DNA of 64,000 bases from the NCBI RefSeq assembly GCF_056712565.1, contig NZ_CM160072.1. One strand, given 5' to 3'. Below, one piece after another: positions 47,010 to 58,829 of the stretch. The number at the start of each line of letters is the position of its first letter. Position 1 is the stretch's first letter. The notes beneath the pieces are model-generated. The model was not told the DNA's origin, searched no databases, and saw nothing but the letters and a program-made list of their open reading frames with translations. A program made the translations under genes and the position numbers.

Positions 47010-47930
47010 ATGTTAAAATTTATTCTACGTCGCTGTCTGGAAGCGATTCCGACGCTATTTATTCTTATTACTATTTCGTTCTTTATGATGCGCCTCGCTC
47101 CGGGCAGTCCTTTTACCGGCGAACGTACTTTACCACCGGAAGTGATGGCCAATATCGAAGCGAAATATCATCTTAATGATCCGATCATGACACAGTATTT
47201 CAGCTACCTGAAACAACTGGCGCATGGCGATTTCGGTCCATCGTTTAAATATAAAGATTATTCGGTCAATGACCTGGTTGCATCCAGTTTTCCCGTTTCT
47301 GCTAAACTGGGAGCCGCAGCATTTTTTCTTGCGGTAATACTGGGTGTTAGTGCTGGCGTTATTGCCGCATTAAAGCAAAACACCAAATGGGACTATACCG
47401 TGATGGGGCTGGCAATGACCGGGGTTGTTATCCCCAGTTTTGTGGTTGCGCCATTATTAGTCATGATATTTGCGATCATTTTGCATTGGCTGCCGGGCGG
47501 TGGCTGGAATGGTGGAGCGCTTAAATTCATGATATTGCCAATGGTGGCGTTATCACTCGCCTATATCGCCAGTATTGCGCGTATTTCCCGTGGCTCTATG
47601 ATTGAGGTTTTACACTCCAACTTTATTCGTACTGCCCGGGCGAAAGGGTTACCTATGCGGCGGATCATTTTACGCCACGCATTAAAACCTGCTCTGTTAC
47701 CCGTGCTCTCCTATATGGGGCCCGCATTTGTCGGCATTATTACCGGTTCGATGGTCATCGAAACCATTTATGGTTTACCGGGGATTGGGCAATTGTTCGT
47801 TAATGGCGCATTGAACCGTGACTATTCCTTAGTGTTAAGTCTGACCATTCTGGTTGGCGCGTTAACCATTTTGTTTAATGCCATTGTCGATGTGCTATAT
47901 GCGGTTATCGACCCGAAAATCCGTTACTGA
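47010..47930 (+). CDS. oppB: Oligopeptide ABC transporter permease OppB
   Basis: 306-aa membrane ORF. Confidence 0.95.
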   Translation: MLKFILRRCLEAIPTLFILITISFFMMRLAPGSPFTGERTLPPEVMANIEAKYHLNDPIMTQYFSYLKQLAHGDFGPSFKYKDYSVNDLVASSFPVSAKLGAAAFFLAVILGVSAGVIAALKQNTKWDYTVMGLAMTGVVIPSFVVAPLLVMIFAIILHWLPGGGWNGGALKFMILPMVALSLAYIASIARISRGSMIEVLHSNFIRTARAKGLPMRRIILRHALKPALLPVLSYMGPAFVGIITGSMVIETIYGLPGIGQLFVNGALNRDYSLVLSLTILVGALTILFNAIVDVLYAVIDPKIRY

Positions 47931-47944
47931 TACTGGAGCTCGCG

Positions 47945-48853
47945 ATGATGTTAAGTAAGAAAAACAGCGAGACGCTGGAAAATTTCAGTGAAAAGCTGGA
48001 GGTCGAAGGGCGCAGCTTGTGGCAGGACGCACGTCGACGTTTTATGCATAACCGTGCGGCGGTTGCCAGTCTGATAGTGCTGGTGCTGATCGCGTTATTT
48101 GTAATCCTGGCACCGATGCTTTCGCAGTTTGCCTATGACGATACTGACTGGGCGATGATGTCCAGCGCCCCGGATATGGAGTCCGGTCACTACTTTGGTA
48201 CTGACTCATCCGGTCGCGACCTGCTTGTGCGCGTTGCGATTGGCGGGCGTATCTCACTCATGGTCGGTGTTGCTGCGGCACTGGTGGCAGTGGTCGTGGG
48301 GACACTTTATGGTTCGCTTTCCGGTTATCTGGGCGGTAAAGTGGATTCGGTAATGATGCGTCTGCTGGAAATCCTCAACTCCTTCCCATTCATGTTCTTC
48401 GTCATTTTGCTGGTGACCTTTTTCGGTCAAAACATCCTGCTGATTTTCGTGGCGATTGGCATGGTTTCCTGGCTGGATATGGCTCGTATTGTGCGTGGGC
48501 AAACCCTGAGTCTGAAGCGCAAAGAGTTTATTGAGGCGGCACAAGTTGGCGGTGTATCGACGCCGGGCATTGTTATTCGCCACATTGTGCCGAACGTACT
48601 CGGTGTGGTGGTGGTCTATGCGTCGCTTCTGGTGCCCAGCATGATCCTCTTTGAATCTTTCCTTAGCTTCCTGGGATTAGGTACGCAAGAGCCGTTAAGC
48701 AGCTGGGGTGCATTGCTGAGTGATGGCGCGAACTCGATGGAAGTCTCTCCATGGTTACTGTTGTTCCCTGCGGGATTCCTCGTGGTAACGCTGTTTTGTT
48801 TCAACTTTATCGGCGATGGCTTGCGTGATGCCCTCGACCCGAAAGATCGTTAA
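47945..48853 (+). CDS. oppC: Oligopeptide ABC transporter permease OppC
   Basis: 302-aa membrane ORF. Confidence 0.95.
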   Translation: MMLSKKNSETLENFSEKLEVEGRSLWQDARRRFMHNRAAVASLIVLVLIALFVILAPMLSQFAYDDTDWAMMSSAPDMESGHYFGTDSSGRDLLVRVAIGGRISLMVGVAAALVAVVVGTLYGSLSGYLGGKVDSVMMRLLEILNSFPFMFFVILLVTFFGQNILLIFVAIGMVSWLDMARIVRGQTLSLKRKEFIEAAQVGGVSTPGIVIRHIVPNVLGVVVVYASLLVPSMILFESFLSFLGLGTQEPLSSWGALLSDGANSMEVSPWLLLFPAGFLVVTLFCFNFIGDGLRDALDPKDR

Positions 48854-48864
48854 GGAGTGCAGCC

Positions 48865-49878
48865 ATGAGCGTAATTGAAACTGCAACTGTGCCGCTCGCA
48901 CAACAACAGGCTGACGCACTGCTGAACGTGAAAGATTTGCGTGTCACCTTTAGTACCCCGGATGGCGACGTCACGGCGGTCAATGATTTGAATTTTTCGC
49001 TACGTGCCGGAGAAACGCTGGGCATCGTAGGTGAGTCTGGTTCGGGCAAATCGCAAACCGCATTTGCGTTGATGGGCCTGCTGGCTGCCAACGGACGTAT
49101 TGGCGGATCGGCAACCTTCAATGGGCGTGAAATCCTCAATTTGCCAGAGCGTGAACTCAATAAACTGCGAGCTGAACAAATCTCAATGATTTTTCAGGAC
49201 CCAATGACTTCGTTGAATCCCTATATGCGCGTCGGTGAGCAGTTGATGGAAGTGCTGATGCTGCATAAGAACATGAGCAAAGCTGAGGCGTTTGAAGAAT
49301 CGGTGCGGATGCTCGATGCGGTAAAAATGCCGGAAGCGCGTAAACGCATGAAAATGTACCCGCACGAATTTTCTGGCGGCATGCGTCAGCGAGTCATGAT
49401 TGCGATGGCATTGCTATGTCGACCTAAGCTGCTGATTGCGGATGAACCCACTACTGCGCTGGACGTCACCGTACAGGCGCAGATCATGACGCTATTGAAT
49501 GAACTGAAGCGGGAATTTAATACCGCCATCATTATGATTACCCACGATCTTGGCGTGGTAGCGGGGATCTGCGACAAAGTGCTGGTAATGTACGCCGGGC
49601 GCACGATGGAATATGGCAACGCGCGCGATGTCTTTTATCAACCCGTACATCCTTATTCTATCGGTTTGCTCAACGCGGTGCCGCGTCTCGATGCGGAAGG
49701 TGAAACAATGTTGACTATTCCGGGTAATCCGCCAAACCTGCTGCGATTACCGAAAGGTTGCCCGTTCCAGCCACGTTGTCCGCATGCGATGGACATTTGT
49801 AGTAGCGCACCGCCGCTGGAAGAGTTTACGCCTGGCCGTCTGCGTGCTTGCTTTAAACCAGTGGAGGAACTGTTATGA
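48865..49878 (+). CDS. oppD: Oligopeptide ABC transporter ATP-binding protein OppD
   Basis: 337-aa ORF with Walker A (GESGSGKS) and ABC signature. Confidence 0.95.
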   Translation: MSVIETATVPLAQQQADALLNVKDLRVTFSTPDGDVTAVNDLNFSLRAGETLGIVGESGSGKSQTAFALMGLLAANGRIGGSATFNGREILNLPERELNKLRAEQISMIFQDPMTSLNPYMRVGEQLMEVLMLHKNMSKAEAFEESVRMLDAVKMPEARKRMKMYPHEFSGGMRQRVMIAMALLCRPKLLIADEPTTALDVTVQAQIMTLLNELKREFNTAIIMITHDLGVVAGICDKVLVMYAGRTMEYGNARDVFYQPVHPYSIGLLNAVPRLDAEGETMLTIPGNPPNLLRLPKGCPFQPRCPHAMDICSSAPPLEEFTPGRLRACFKPVEELL

Positions 49879-50879
49879 ATGCTGTAACCGAAGGAAGAAA
49901 AGTCCTCCTCGAAATCGCCGATCTGAAAGTGCACTTTGAAATCAAAGATGGCAAACAGTGGTTCTGGCAACCGCCGAAAACGCTCAAAGCCGTCGATGGT
50001 GTAACTCTTCGCCTGTATGAAGGGGAAACATTAGGTGTGGTAGGGGAATCGGGATGCGGGAAGTCCACCTTTGCTCGCGCCATCATTGGCTTGGTTAAAG
50101 CGACCGACGGTCATGTGGCCTGGTTAGGTAAAGAGTTGCTGGGCATGAAGCCCGATGAATGGCGTGCCGTACGCAGTGATATTCAGATGATTTTCCAGGA
50201 TCCGTTGGCATCACTGAACCCGCGTATGACCATCGGCGAGATCATCGCTGAACCACTGCGTATTTATCATCCGAAAATGTCACGCCAGGAAGTTCGCGAG
50301 CGCGTGAAGGCGATGATGCTGAAAGTCGGTTTGTTGCCTAACCTGATTAACCGCTATCCGCATGAGTTCTCCGGTGGGCAGTGCCAGCGTATCGGGATTG
50401 CTCGTGCTCTTATTCTTGAACCGAAGCTGATTATCTGTGATGAGCCGGTGTCGGCGCTGGACGTGTCAATTCAGGCGCAGGTGGTCAACCTGCTCCAGCA
50501 GTTGCAACGTGAGATGGGATTGTCATTAATTTTTATCGCTCACGACCTGGCCGTGGTAAAACACATTTCCGATCGTGTGCTGGTGATGTATCTCGGCCAT
50601 GCGGTAGAACTGGGGACCTATGATGAGGTCTACCACAATCCGCTACATCCTTACACCAGGGCATTGATGTCGGCAGTCCCCATACCTGATCCGGATCTGG
50701 AGAAGAACAAAACCATCCAGTTACTGGAAGGGGAATTACCGTCGCCGATCAACCCGCCTTCCGGTTGTGTTTTCCGTACCCGTTGTCCGATTGCAGGTCC
50801 GGAGTGCGCCAAAACACGTCCTGTGCTGGAAGGGAGTTTCAGACACGCCGTTTCTTGCCTGAAAGTCGATCCGCTTTAA
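49875..50879 (+). CDS. oppF: Oligopeptide ABC transporter ATP-binding protein OppF
   Basis: 334-aa ORF with Walker A (GESGCGKST); overlaps oppD stop. Confidence 0.95.
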   Translation: MNAVTEGRKVLLEIADLKVHFEIKDGKQWFWQPPKTLKAVDGVTLRLYEGETLGVVGESGCGKSTFARAIIGLVKATDGHVAWLGKELLGMKPDEWRAVRSDIQMIFQDPLASLNPRMTIGEIIAEPLRIYHPKMSRQEVRERVKAMMLKVGLLPNLINRYPHEFSGGQCQRIGIARALILEPKLIICDEPVSALDVSIQAQVVNLLQQLQREMGLSLIFIAHDLAVVKHISDRVLVMYLGHAVELGTYDEVYHNPLHPYTRALMSAVPIPDPDLEKNKTIQLLEGELPSPINPPSGCVFRTRCPIAGPECAKTRPVLEGSFRHAVSCLKVDPL

Positions 50880-50888
50880 AAGCAATAA

Positions 50889-50913
50889 GGGCTGACAGTT
50901 GTCAGCCCTTTTT
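50889..50913. terminator. Terminator after oppF (gggctgaca-gt-tgtcagccc hairpin + TTTTT), also 3' of convergent yciU
   Basis: Perfect 9-bp stem and U-run read in sequence. Confidence 0.7.
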
Positions 50914-50931
50914 CACGCCAAAAGCGATTAT

Positions 50932-52756
<1,825 letters not shown>

Positions 52757-52898
52757 AGATTAGAAATCCTTTTGAAAGCGCATTGTTATGAGTTTACGCA
52801 TATGGATTCATCTGGCAAATAAAAACGCGGGAAAAGCACTGGTCAGCGTCAGGGGCGGGGGTATAATGACCATTCTGTTGTTGCATAGAGTAGTTAAC

Positions 52899-53072
52899 AT
52901 GAAGCGGAGTAGAACGGAAGTGGGGCGCTGGCGCATGCAGCGTCAGGCTAGCCGACGTAAATCGCGTTGGCTTGAGGGGCAGTCGCGCCGAAATATGCGT
53001 ATCCACAGCATCAGGAAGTGCATTCTAAACAAACAGCGTAACTCGTTATTGTTTGCGATCTACAATATCTAA
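52899..53072 (+). CDS. yciY: Small basic protein YciY-like (57 aa)
   Basis: ORF 52788..53072; start placed at ATG 52899 (MKRSRTEVGRWRMQRQASRRKSRW...); matches my recollection of K-12 YciY between cls and kch. Confidence 0.55.
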   Translation: MKRSRTEVGRWRMQRQASRRKSRWLEGQSRRNMRIHSIRKCILNKQRNSLLFAIYNI

Positions 53073-53126
53073 ATGTACTGGGCACCATTGCGGTGCCCAA
53101 TAAGTTTACTCTTCCGTCTTTAAACT

Positions 53127-54380
53127 CTATTTTTGCGCCGATTCTTTACTGTCAGCTTTCGTTTCTTGTTCATCGTTATCGCTGAAAATGCCATGACCGG
53201 AGTTCAACAACATTGAAACGAGCATATCATTATTAATCTCTTCACCATTTAAAACTCGCGCCAGAATTTCGCTGCCAAACAGTTGTGGTGAGAGAATGAT
53301 ATCCGGATGTACCATCTTAATCTTATTCAGGTTTTTGCTATCACTGACGGCGAGAACTGTTTTGACATCACTGCTCATATCTTTTGCCGAGAGTACAACA
53401 AACGCGTTATCTGCATCGTTATCACTCAGCGCCAGAATGGCCCGGCAACGATCGATTCCCGCTTTCTTTAACACTGAACTGTCATTACTGTCACCGGGGA
53501 TAACATCGGCGTTATCGCCTAAGCGTTGCTCAAGTTGCTTGATATCATCTTCAGGCAAGTTGCTGATAACCGTTACGTTTTGTCCGCGTTGATTCAGTTG
53601 CAGAATCGTATTGATGGCGAGAATCGAATGTCCGCAAACAATAAAATGATCTTTACGATGCATTGTATGATTGTTTCCTTTTACAAGTTTGTTGAATCCC
53701 CCGCGGATAAGCGGACCAAAAATTGAGGTCATAGATGTGGCAAAAACGGTAATGCCGGAAATAATGACCGAAATAGTGAACAATCGTGCTGATTCAGAAA
53801 CAGGGACAATATCGCCATAGCCGACGGTTGACATGGTTTCTATCGAAAAATAGAACGCGGTCATCAAACTTTCTATTCGCGGATTAAAACCTTCGCTTAA
53901 ATAAAGCGCACCGTAAGTGGAGTAAAATAGTAACGTCGTGAAACTAATAAATGCGAAAATTGTCCCGGCTGCTGCGCTACTGTGGGAGAAGTCTTTGCGC
54001 AGTATCAGCAAAAACACCAGCGTAAAAATGCAAAATCCAATACTAAATTTCAGCCAGGGATAAAAATGCAGAGTGTAAATTAGCGCTATCAACAACAAAA
54101 TGATACTGATTGCCCATGCGAGCTTTGCCCGGAACAGTAAGCCAATGGAGTTCAGGACAAGAAATACGCCGAGCATAAAGAGTGGGGCGTTTGCCAGCAA
54201 GGAGAGATCCAGCTCTGAAAATGCTTTGATATGGAAAATATCAAGCAAATTGACCGACATACCATAGATTGTTTTAAAAATAAGCAATCCATTTAAAAAG
54301 ACGGCCAGCGCGAGAATGTCGTGCCGTAGGGTCACCCATAACTTTGTTGCTGTTTGTTTGAATGTAGTCCAGTGACTCAC
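53127..54380 (-). CDS. kch: Voltage-gated potassium channel Kch; GTG start
   Basis: ORF 53127..54398; GTG at 54380 gives 417 aa; K-channel selectivity filter TVGYGD and TrkA-N/RCK domain. Confidence 0.92.
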   Translation of the reverse strand: MSHWTTFKQTATKLWVTLRHDILALAVFLNGLLIFKTIYGMSVNLLDIFHIKAFSELDLSLLANAPLFMLGVFLVLNSIGLLFRAKLAWAISIILLLIALIYTLHFYPWLKFSIGFCIFTLVFLLILRKDFSHSSAAAGTIFAFISFTTLLFYSTYGALYLSEGFNPRIESLMTAFYFSIETMSTVGYGDIVPVSESARLFTISVIISGITVFATSMTSIFGPLIRGGFNKLVKGNNHTMHRKDHFIVCGHSILAINTILQLNQRGQNVTVISNLPEDDIKQLEQRLGDNADVIPGDSNDSSVLKKAGIDRCRAILALSDNDADNAFVVLSAKDMSSDVKTVLAVSDSKNLNKIKMVHPDIILSPQLFGSEILARVLNGEEINNDMLVSMLLNSGHGIFSDNDEQETKADSKESAQK

Positions 54381-54679
54381 TGATACCTCTGTAACCACAA
54401 TTTTGTTTAATTATCTCAACGTGCACATTTTCTGAACATACATGCAGCGCGTGAATGTGTTAAACAATAGTAGATGACTTTATCCGCAGTAATCAAAGGT
54501 TTTGAGTGAGCAACTCTGCGTCAGGAAAGGGCATTTTCCTGAATATGTTCACATCATATAAAGAAATACAGATAAAGTTATTATCTGCTTGTGGTGGTGA
54601 ATGCACTGACCGACCTATAAGGAAAGGCCAAACAAGAACACGGTTGCAAAAACCGTGCCCTTAAATATTGAATTTCTAT

Positions 54680-54976
54680 TCAGAACACTTTCTTAAATGG
54701 TTTCACTGAAACGTGTTCATAGACTCCTGCCGCTACGTACGGGTCAGCATCGGCCCAGGCCTGAGCTGCTTCCAGCGACTCAAATTCAGCAATAACGGTT
54801 GAGCCAGTAAATCCCGCAGCCCCTGGATCGTTACTGTCTACCGCTGGCATTGGACCGGCGGTCAACAAACGACCTTCATCATGCAGTAACTGTAAACGTG
54901 CCAAATGTGCCGGACGAACGGAAAGGCGTTTTTCGAGGCTATCAGCTTTGTCTTGAGCGTAAATAACATACAACAC
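54680..54976 (-). CDS. yciI: YciI-like protein (98 aa, dimeric alpha/beta barrel family); GTG start
   Basis: ORF 54680..55072; start at GTG 54976 inferred from the conserved length. Confidence 0.8.
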
Positions 54977-55133
54977 AGGCACAACTCCTTGTTCGGGAAA
55001 GTTGTAAAGTACGTTATTTGAAAGGGCGAAGATCTGCAACGGAAAGATGATGTCTTTGTTAAGACCATGCATAAAGTAAGGTCAATTACGCCAAAAATGA
55101 CATTTTCACTGATCCTGATCGTCTTGCCTTATT

Positions 55134-55152
55134 GAATATGATTGCTATTTGC
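55134..55152. promoter_or_regulatory. Fur box overlapping the tonB promoter (GAATATGATTGCTATTTGC)
   Basis: Sequence matches the known tonB operator as I recall it; about 50 bp upstream of tonB ATG. Confidence 0.6.
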
Positions 55153-55199
55153 ATTTAAAATCGGGACCTGGTTTTTCTACTGAAATGATTATGACTTCA

Positions 55200-55916
55200 A
55201 TGACCCTTGATTTACCTCGCCGCTTCCCCTGGCCGACGTTACTTTCGGTCTGCATTCATGGTGCTGTTGTGGCGGGTTTGCTCTATACCTCGGTACATCA
55301 GGTTATTGAACTACCTGCGCCTGCGCAGCCGATTTCTGTCACGATGGTTGCGCCTGCTGATCTTGAACCGCCACAAGCCGTTCAGCCACCACCGGAGCCG
55401 GTGGTAGAGCCAGAACCGGAACCTGAGCCGATCCCTGAACCGCCAAAAGAAGCTCCGGTGGTCATTGAAAAGCCGAAGCCGAAACCTAAGCCAAAACCGA
55501 AGCCGGTGAAAAAGGTGGAGCAGCCAAAACGCGATGTCAAACCCGTAGAGTCGCGTCCGGCATCACCGTTTGAAAATACGGCACCCGCGCGCCCGACATC
55601 AAGTACGGCAACGGCTGCAACCAGCAAGCCGGTTACCAGTGTGGCTTCAGGACCACGCGCATTAAGCCGTAATCAGCCGCAGTATCCGGCACGAGCACAG
55701 GCATTGCGCATTGAAGGGCAGGTTAAAGTTAAATTTGATGTCACGCCAGATGGTCGCGTGGATAACGTACAAATCCTCTCAGCCAAGCCTGCAAACATGT
55801 TTGAGCGTGAGGTGAAAAATGCGATGCGCAGATGGCGTTATGAGCCGGGTAAGCCAGGCAGTGGGATTGTGGTGAATATCCTGTTTAAAATTAACGGCAC
55901 TACCGAAATTCAGTAA
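55200..55916 (+). CDS. tonB: Energy transducer TonB
   Basis: ORF 55149..55916; start placed at ATG 55200 ([17 protein letters not shown]...), 239 aa; Pro-rich EP/KP repeats. Confidence 0.95.
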   Translation: MTLDLPRRFPWPTLLSVCIHGAVVAGLLYTSVHQVIELPAPAQPISVTMVAPADLEPPQAVQPPPEPVVEPEPEPEPIPEPPKEAPVVIEKPKPKPKPKPKPVKKVEQPKRDVKPVESRPASPFENTAPARPTSSTATAATSKPVTSVASGPRALSRNQPQYPARAQALRIEGQVKVKFDVTPDGRVDNVQILSAKPANMFEREVKNAMRRWRYEPGKPGSGIVVNILFKINGTTEIQ

Positions 55917-55924
55917 GCATAAAG

Positions 55925-55950
55925 TCAAAAGCCTCCGACCGGAGGCTTTT
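55925..55950. terminator. Bidirectional terminator between tonB and yciA (gcctccg-ac-cggaggc hairpin flanked by A-run and T-run)
   Basis: aaaagcctccgaccggaggctttt read in sequence. Confidence 0.8.
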
Positions 55951-55955
55951 GATTA

Positions 55956-56354
55956 TTACTCAACGGGTAAGGCGCGAGGTTTTCCTTCGGGATCAACCGC
56001 GACATACTTAAATAATGCTTCTGTTGCTTTATAGCGTTGCCCGATTGGTTCAGACGCCACTTTTTTCACCCACACTTCAATATTAATGCTGACTGATGTC
56101 GTCCCTTTCTGGACACAGCGTGCATAGCAGCACACCACATCGCCGACCGCAACCGGCCGTAAGAAAGTCATTCCTTCAACCCGCACGGTCACTACACGAC
56201 CATGGGCAATTTCTTTCGCCAGAATAGCGCCGCCAATATCCATTTGTGACATTAACCAACCACCAAAGATGTCACCATTGGCATTGGTATCGGCGGGCAT
56301 GGCTAAAGTACGTAAAACAAGATCGCCCTGAGGGACGTTATGTGTTGTAGACAT
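55956..56354 (-). CDS. yciA: Acyl-CoA thioesterase YciA (hotdog fold)
   Basis: 132-aa ORF. Confidence 0.9.
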   Translation of the reverse strand: MSTTHNVPQGDLVLRTLAMPADTNANGDIFGGWLMSQMDIGGAILAKEIAHGRVVTVRVEGMTFLRPVAVGDVVCCYARCVQKGTTSVSINIEVWVKKVASEPIGQRYKATEALFKYVAVDPEGKPRALPVE

Positions 56355-56459
56355 GGTAAAACCGACTTAAAAGGAAAATCACAGGCGCGATGCTACTATG
56401 ATTTTCCTGAGGAGAACAGAGGAGATACAGCGCCAGCCCCTGAAGGACTGGCAGTCTGG

Positions 56460-56999
56460 TTAGGATTTATCTTCCTGCGGCATGTGGCGGTAGATATAGA
56501 TACCGCTTAACAATGTGAAGATTAAGGTAAGGGCGGTCAGGCCAAAGACTTTAAAGTTGACCCAAATATTTTGCGGCAGCCAGAATGCGATGTAGATGTT
56601 TGCCAGACCGCAAAGGATAAAGAAAACAGCCCAGGCCAGATTCAGCTTCGACCATACCGATTGCGGCAGGGTGAGTTCTTTACCCAGCATCCGCTGAATT
56701 AGCGGCTTTTTCATCACCCATTGGCTGACTAACAGGGCACCCGCAAACAGGGCATAAATGACAGTAACCTTCCATTTAATAAACTCATCATTGTGGAAGA
56801 ACAGCGTCAAGCCACCGAAGACGACCACCAGAACAAAAGTGATCAGGGCCATCTTCTCAACCTTACGAAAGCGAACCCAGCTATATATAAGCACAATCGC
56901 CGTGGCGACGATGAGCGCCGCAGTAGCCGCATAGATGTCATAAATCTTGTAAAACGCGAAAAAGACAACCAGCGGTAAAAAATCAAGAAACTGCTTCAT
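56460..56999 (-). CDS. yciB: Intracellular septation / inner-membrane protein YciB
   Basis: 179-aa hydrophobic ORF. Confidence 0.9.
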   Translation of the reverse strand: MKQFLDFLPLVVFFAFYKIYDIYAATAALIVATAIVLIYSWVRFRKVEKMALITFVLVVVFGGLTLFFHNDEFIKWKVTVIYALFAGALLVSQWVMKKPLIQRMLGKELTLPQSVWSKLNLAWAVFFILCGLANIYIAFWLPQNIWVNFKVFGLTALTLIFTLLSGIYIYRHMPQEDKS

Positions 57000-57028
57000 T
57001 TTACGATTCCGTAATCAAATGCTTAAGG

Positions 57029-57772
57029 TTATTGGCGAATCAACATATACAGGCGGAACAGATAGATGAGCAATACGGCTGAAATCAGGTTGCTCAAGGT
57101 GTTCGCCAGTACGGCACCAATTTCCGGGGTTAATGCGGCAAAAGAAGAGGCAAAAAGCAGCAACAGTGTTTTTGCCAGCAACCAGCTCAGTACTGCGGGT
57201 GCCACCAGACGCATATTCGCCCATGTCAGCCGCATACTGCTACGCATCGAGGCAAAAACGCCCATTTTGTCCTGTACCAGCATCACCGGTGCCAGAGCCA
57301 GTAAAATGGCCATGATAATTCCCGGAACGACCACCAGCATGATGCCAATCTGTACTAAAAGGGTAGTCAGAAAAATCAGAATAAATAACTTTGGTAATAT
57401 CGGCGCACTGGCACCAATAGCTCGCAGCGCACTGACTCTCTGACCCGCAGACACCAGCTGGATAATTAATATTACGCCCCCGGCGAGAATGGCGTTACCG
57501 ATTAATCCTGAAAAAGTGGACGCCGCTGAAGCCTGCAGCAAAATTTGTTGCTGTTCCGGTGACATATTCTGAACCAGGTCGAACAACCCACTACTGCCGC
57601 TAACGGGTACGCCGTCATTGAGCTGCGCAAGCTGTGCATCACTGGGTGAGAAAACATGCCCTAACACCACTGTGATAAACGCACATAGCAACGATACCAA
57701 CAGAATGGTCATAAATTGATTACGGAAAAAATTTCCGGTGTCACGGTATACGGACTGCGCCGTGATAGACAT
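57029..57772 (-). CDS. yciC: Inner membrane protein YciC (UPF0259)
   Basis: 247-aa hydrophobic ORF. Confidence 0.9.
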   Translation of the reverse strand: MSITAQSVYRDTGNFFRNQFMTILLVSLLCAFITVVLGHVFSPSDAQLAQLNDGVPVSGSSGLFDLVQNMSPEQQQILLQASAASTFSGLIGNAILAGGVILIIQLVSAGQRVSALRAIGASAPILPKLFILIFLTTLLVQIGIMLVVVPGIIMAILLALAPVMLVQDKMGVFASMRSSMRLTWANMRLVAPAVLSWLLAKTLLLLFASSFAALTPEIGAVLANTLSNLISAVLLIYLFRLYMLIRQ

Positions 57773-58127
57773 GCACTCTCCTTGAGTTTTATGCAGGTGT
57801 TAATTAGCGGGCAATTGTACCCTGGTTAAGCCCCGGGTGGCAGCATCAGGTCTTGTATGGAAAAGCATATCTTTGTAAAGCGGAGGTAATTGCTGGCCTT
57901 CAGGCGTGGGCAAACCGCTGAAAGTGGCGAGCGAGTTAATATTTGCGTAGCGAAATATATAAAAATTGATTTAAATCACATTAACCAGGATTTTCAATGC
58001 AACTTCTAAATTAATCCAGATCAATAAAGGGTGAATTACCATATGTAATGTGATCTGTGTAGGATCATTTGTTACCCCAATGTGGGTATATTCGTCACGT
58101 TTTTATAACCATAACGACGGAGCGGAT

Positions 58128-58766
58128 ATGAAAAAGTTAACAGTGGCGGCTTTGGCAGTAGCAACTCTTCTCTCTGGCAGTGCCTTTGCACATGAAGCCG
58201 GCGAATTTTTTATGCGTGCAGGTTCTGCAACCGTACGTCCAACAGAAGGTGCTGGTGGTACGTTAGGAAGTTTGGGTGGATTCAGCGTGACCAATAACAC
58301 TCAACTGGGCCTGACGTTTACTTATATGGCGACCGACAACATTGGTGTGGAATTACTGGCAGCAACGCCGTTCCGCCATAAAATCGGCACCCGGGCGACC
58401 GGCGATATTGCAACCGTTCATCATCTGCCGCCAACACTGATGGCGCAGTGGTATTTTGGTGATGCCAGCAGCAAATTCCGTCCTTACGTTGGTGCAGGTA
58501 TTAACTACACCACCTTCTTTGATAATGGATTTAACGATCATGGCAAAGAGGCGGGGCTTTCCGATCTCAGTCTGAAAGACTCTTGGGGAGCTGCCGGGCA
58601 GGTGGGGGTTGATTATCTGATTAACCGTGACTGGTTGGTTAACATGTCAGTGTGGTACATGGATATCGATACCACGGCTAAGTACAAATCTGGTGTTACT
58701 ACCGTAAAAGACTCGGTACGACTGGATCCGTGGGTGTTTATGTTCTCCGCAGGATATCGTTTTTAA
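58128..58766 (+). CDS. ompW: Outer membrane protein W
   Basis: ORF 58050..58766; start placed at ATG 58128 (MKKLTVAALAVATLLSGSAFA signal), 212 aa, C-terminal ..GYRF. Confidence 0.95.
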   Translation: MKKLTVAALAVATLLSGSAFAHEAGEFFMRAGSATVRPTEGAGGTLGSLGGFSVTNNTQLGLTFTYMATDNIGVELLAATPFRHKIGTRATGDIATVHHLPPTLMAQWYFGDASSKFRPYVGAGINYTTFFDNGFNDHGKEAGLSDLSLKDSWGAAGQVGVDYLINRDWLVNMSVWYMDIDTTAKYKSGVTTVKDSVRLDPWVFMFSAGYRF

Positions 58767-58770
58767 TTTT

Positions 58771-58803
58771 CTCTGCAAAACCTCTGCAAAACCCCTCTGC
58801 AAA
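58771..58803. repeat. Three tandem copies of an 11-bp unit CTCTGCAAAAC (third with a CC insertion) immediately 3' of ompW stop
   Basis: ctctgcaaaac ctctgcaaaac (cc)ctctgcaaaac read directly in sequence. Confidence 0.8.
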
Positions 58804-58804
58804 A

Positions 58805-58829
58805 CTGGTCATCAAATGACCAGTTTTTT
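58805..58829 (+). terminator. ompW Rho-independent terminator (ctggtcat-caa-atgaccag + TTTTTT); the integrase stop codon lies inside this hairpin
   Basis: Perfect 8-bp stem + U-run; integrase stop codon at 58812-58814. Confidence 0.75.
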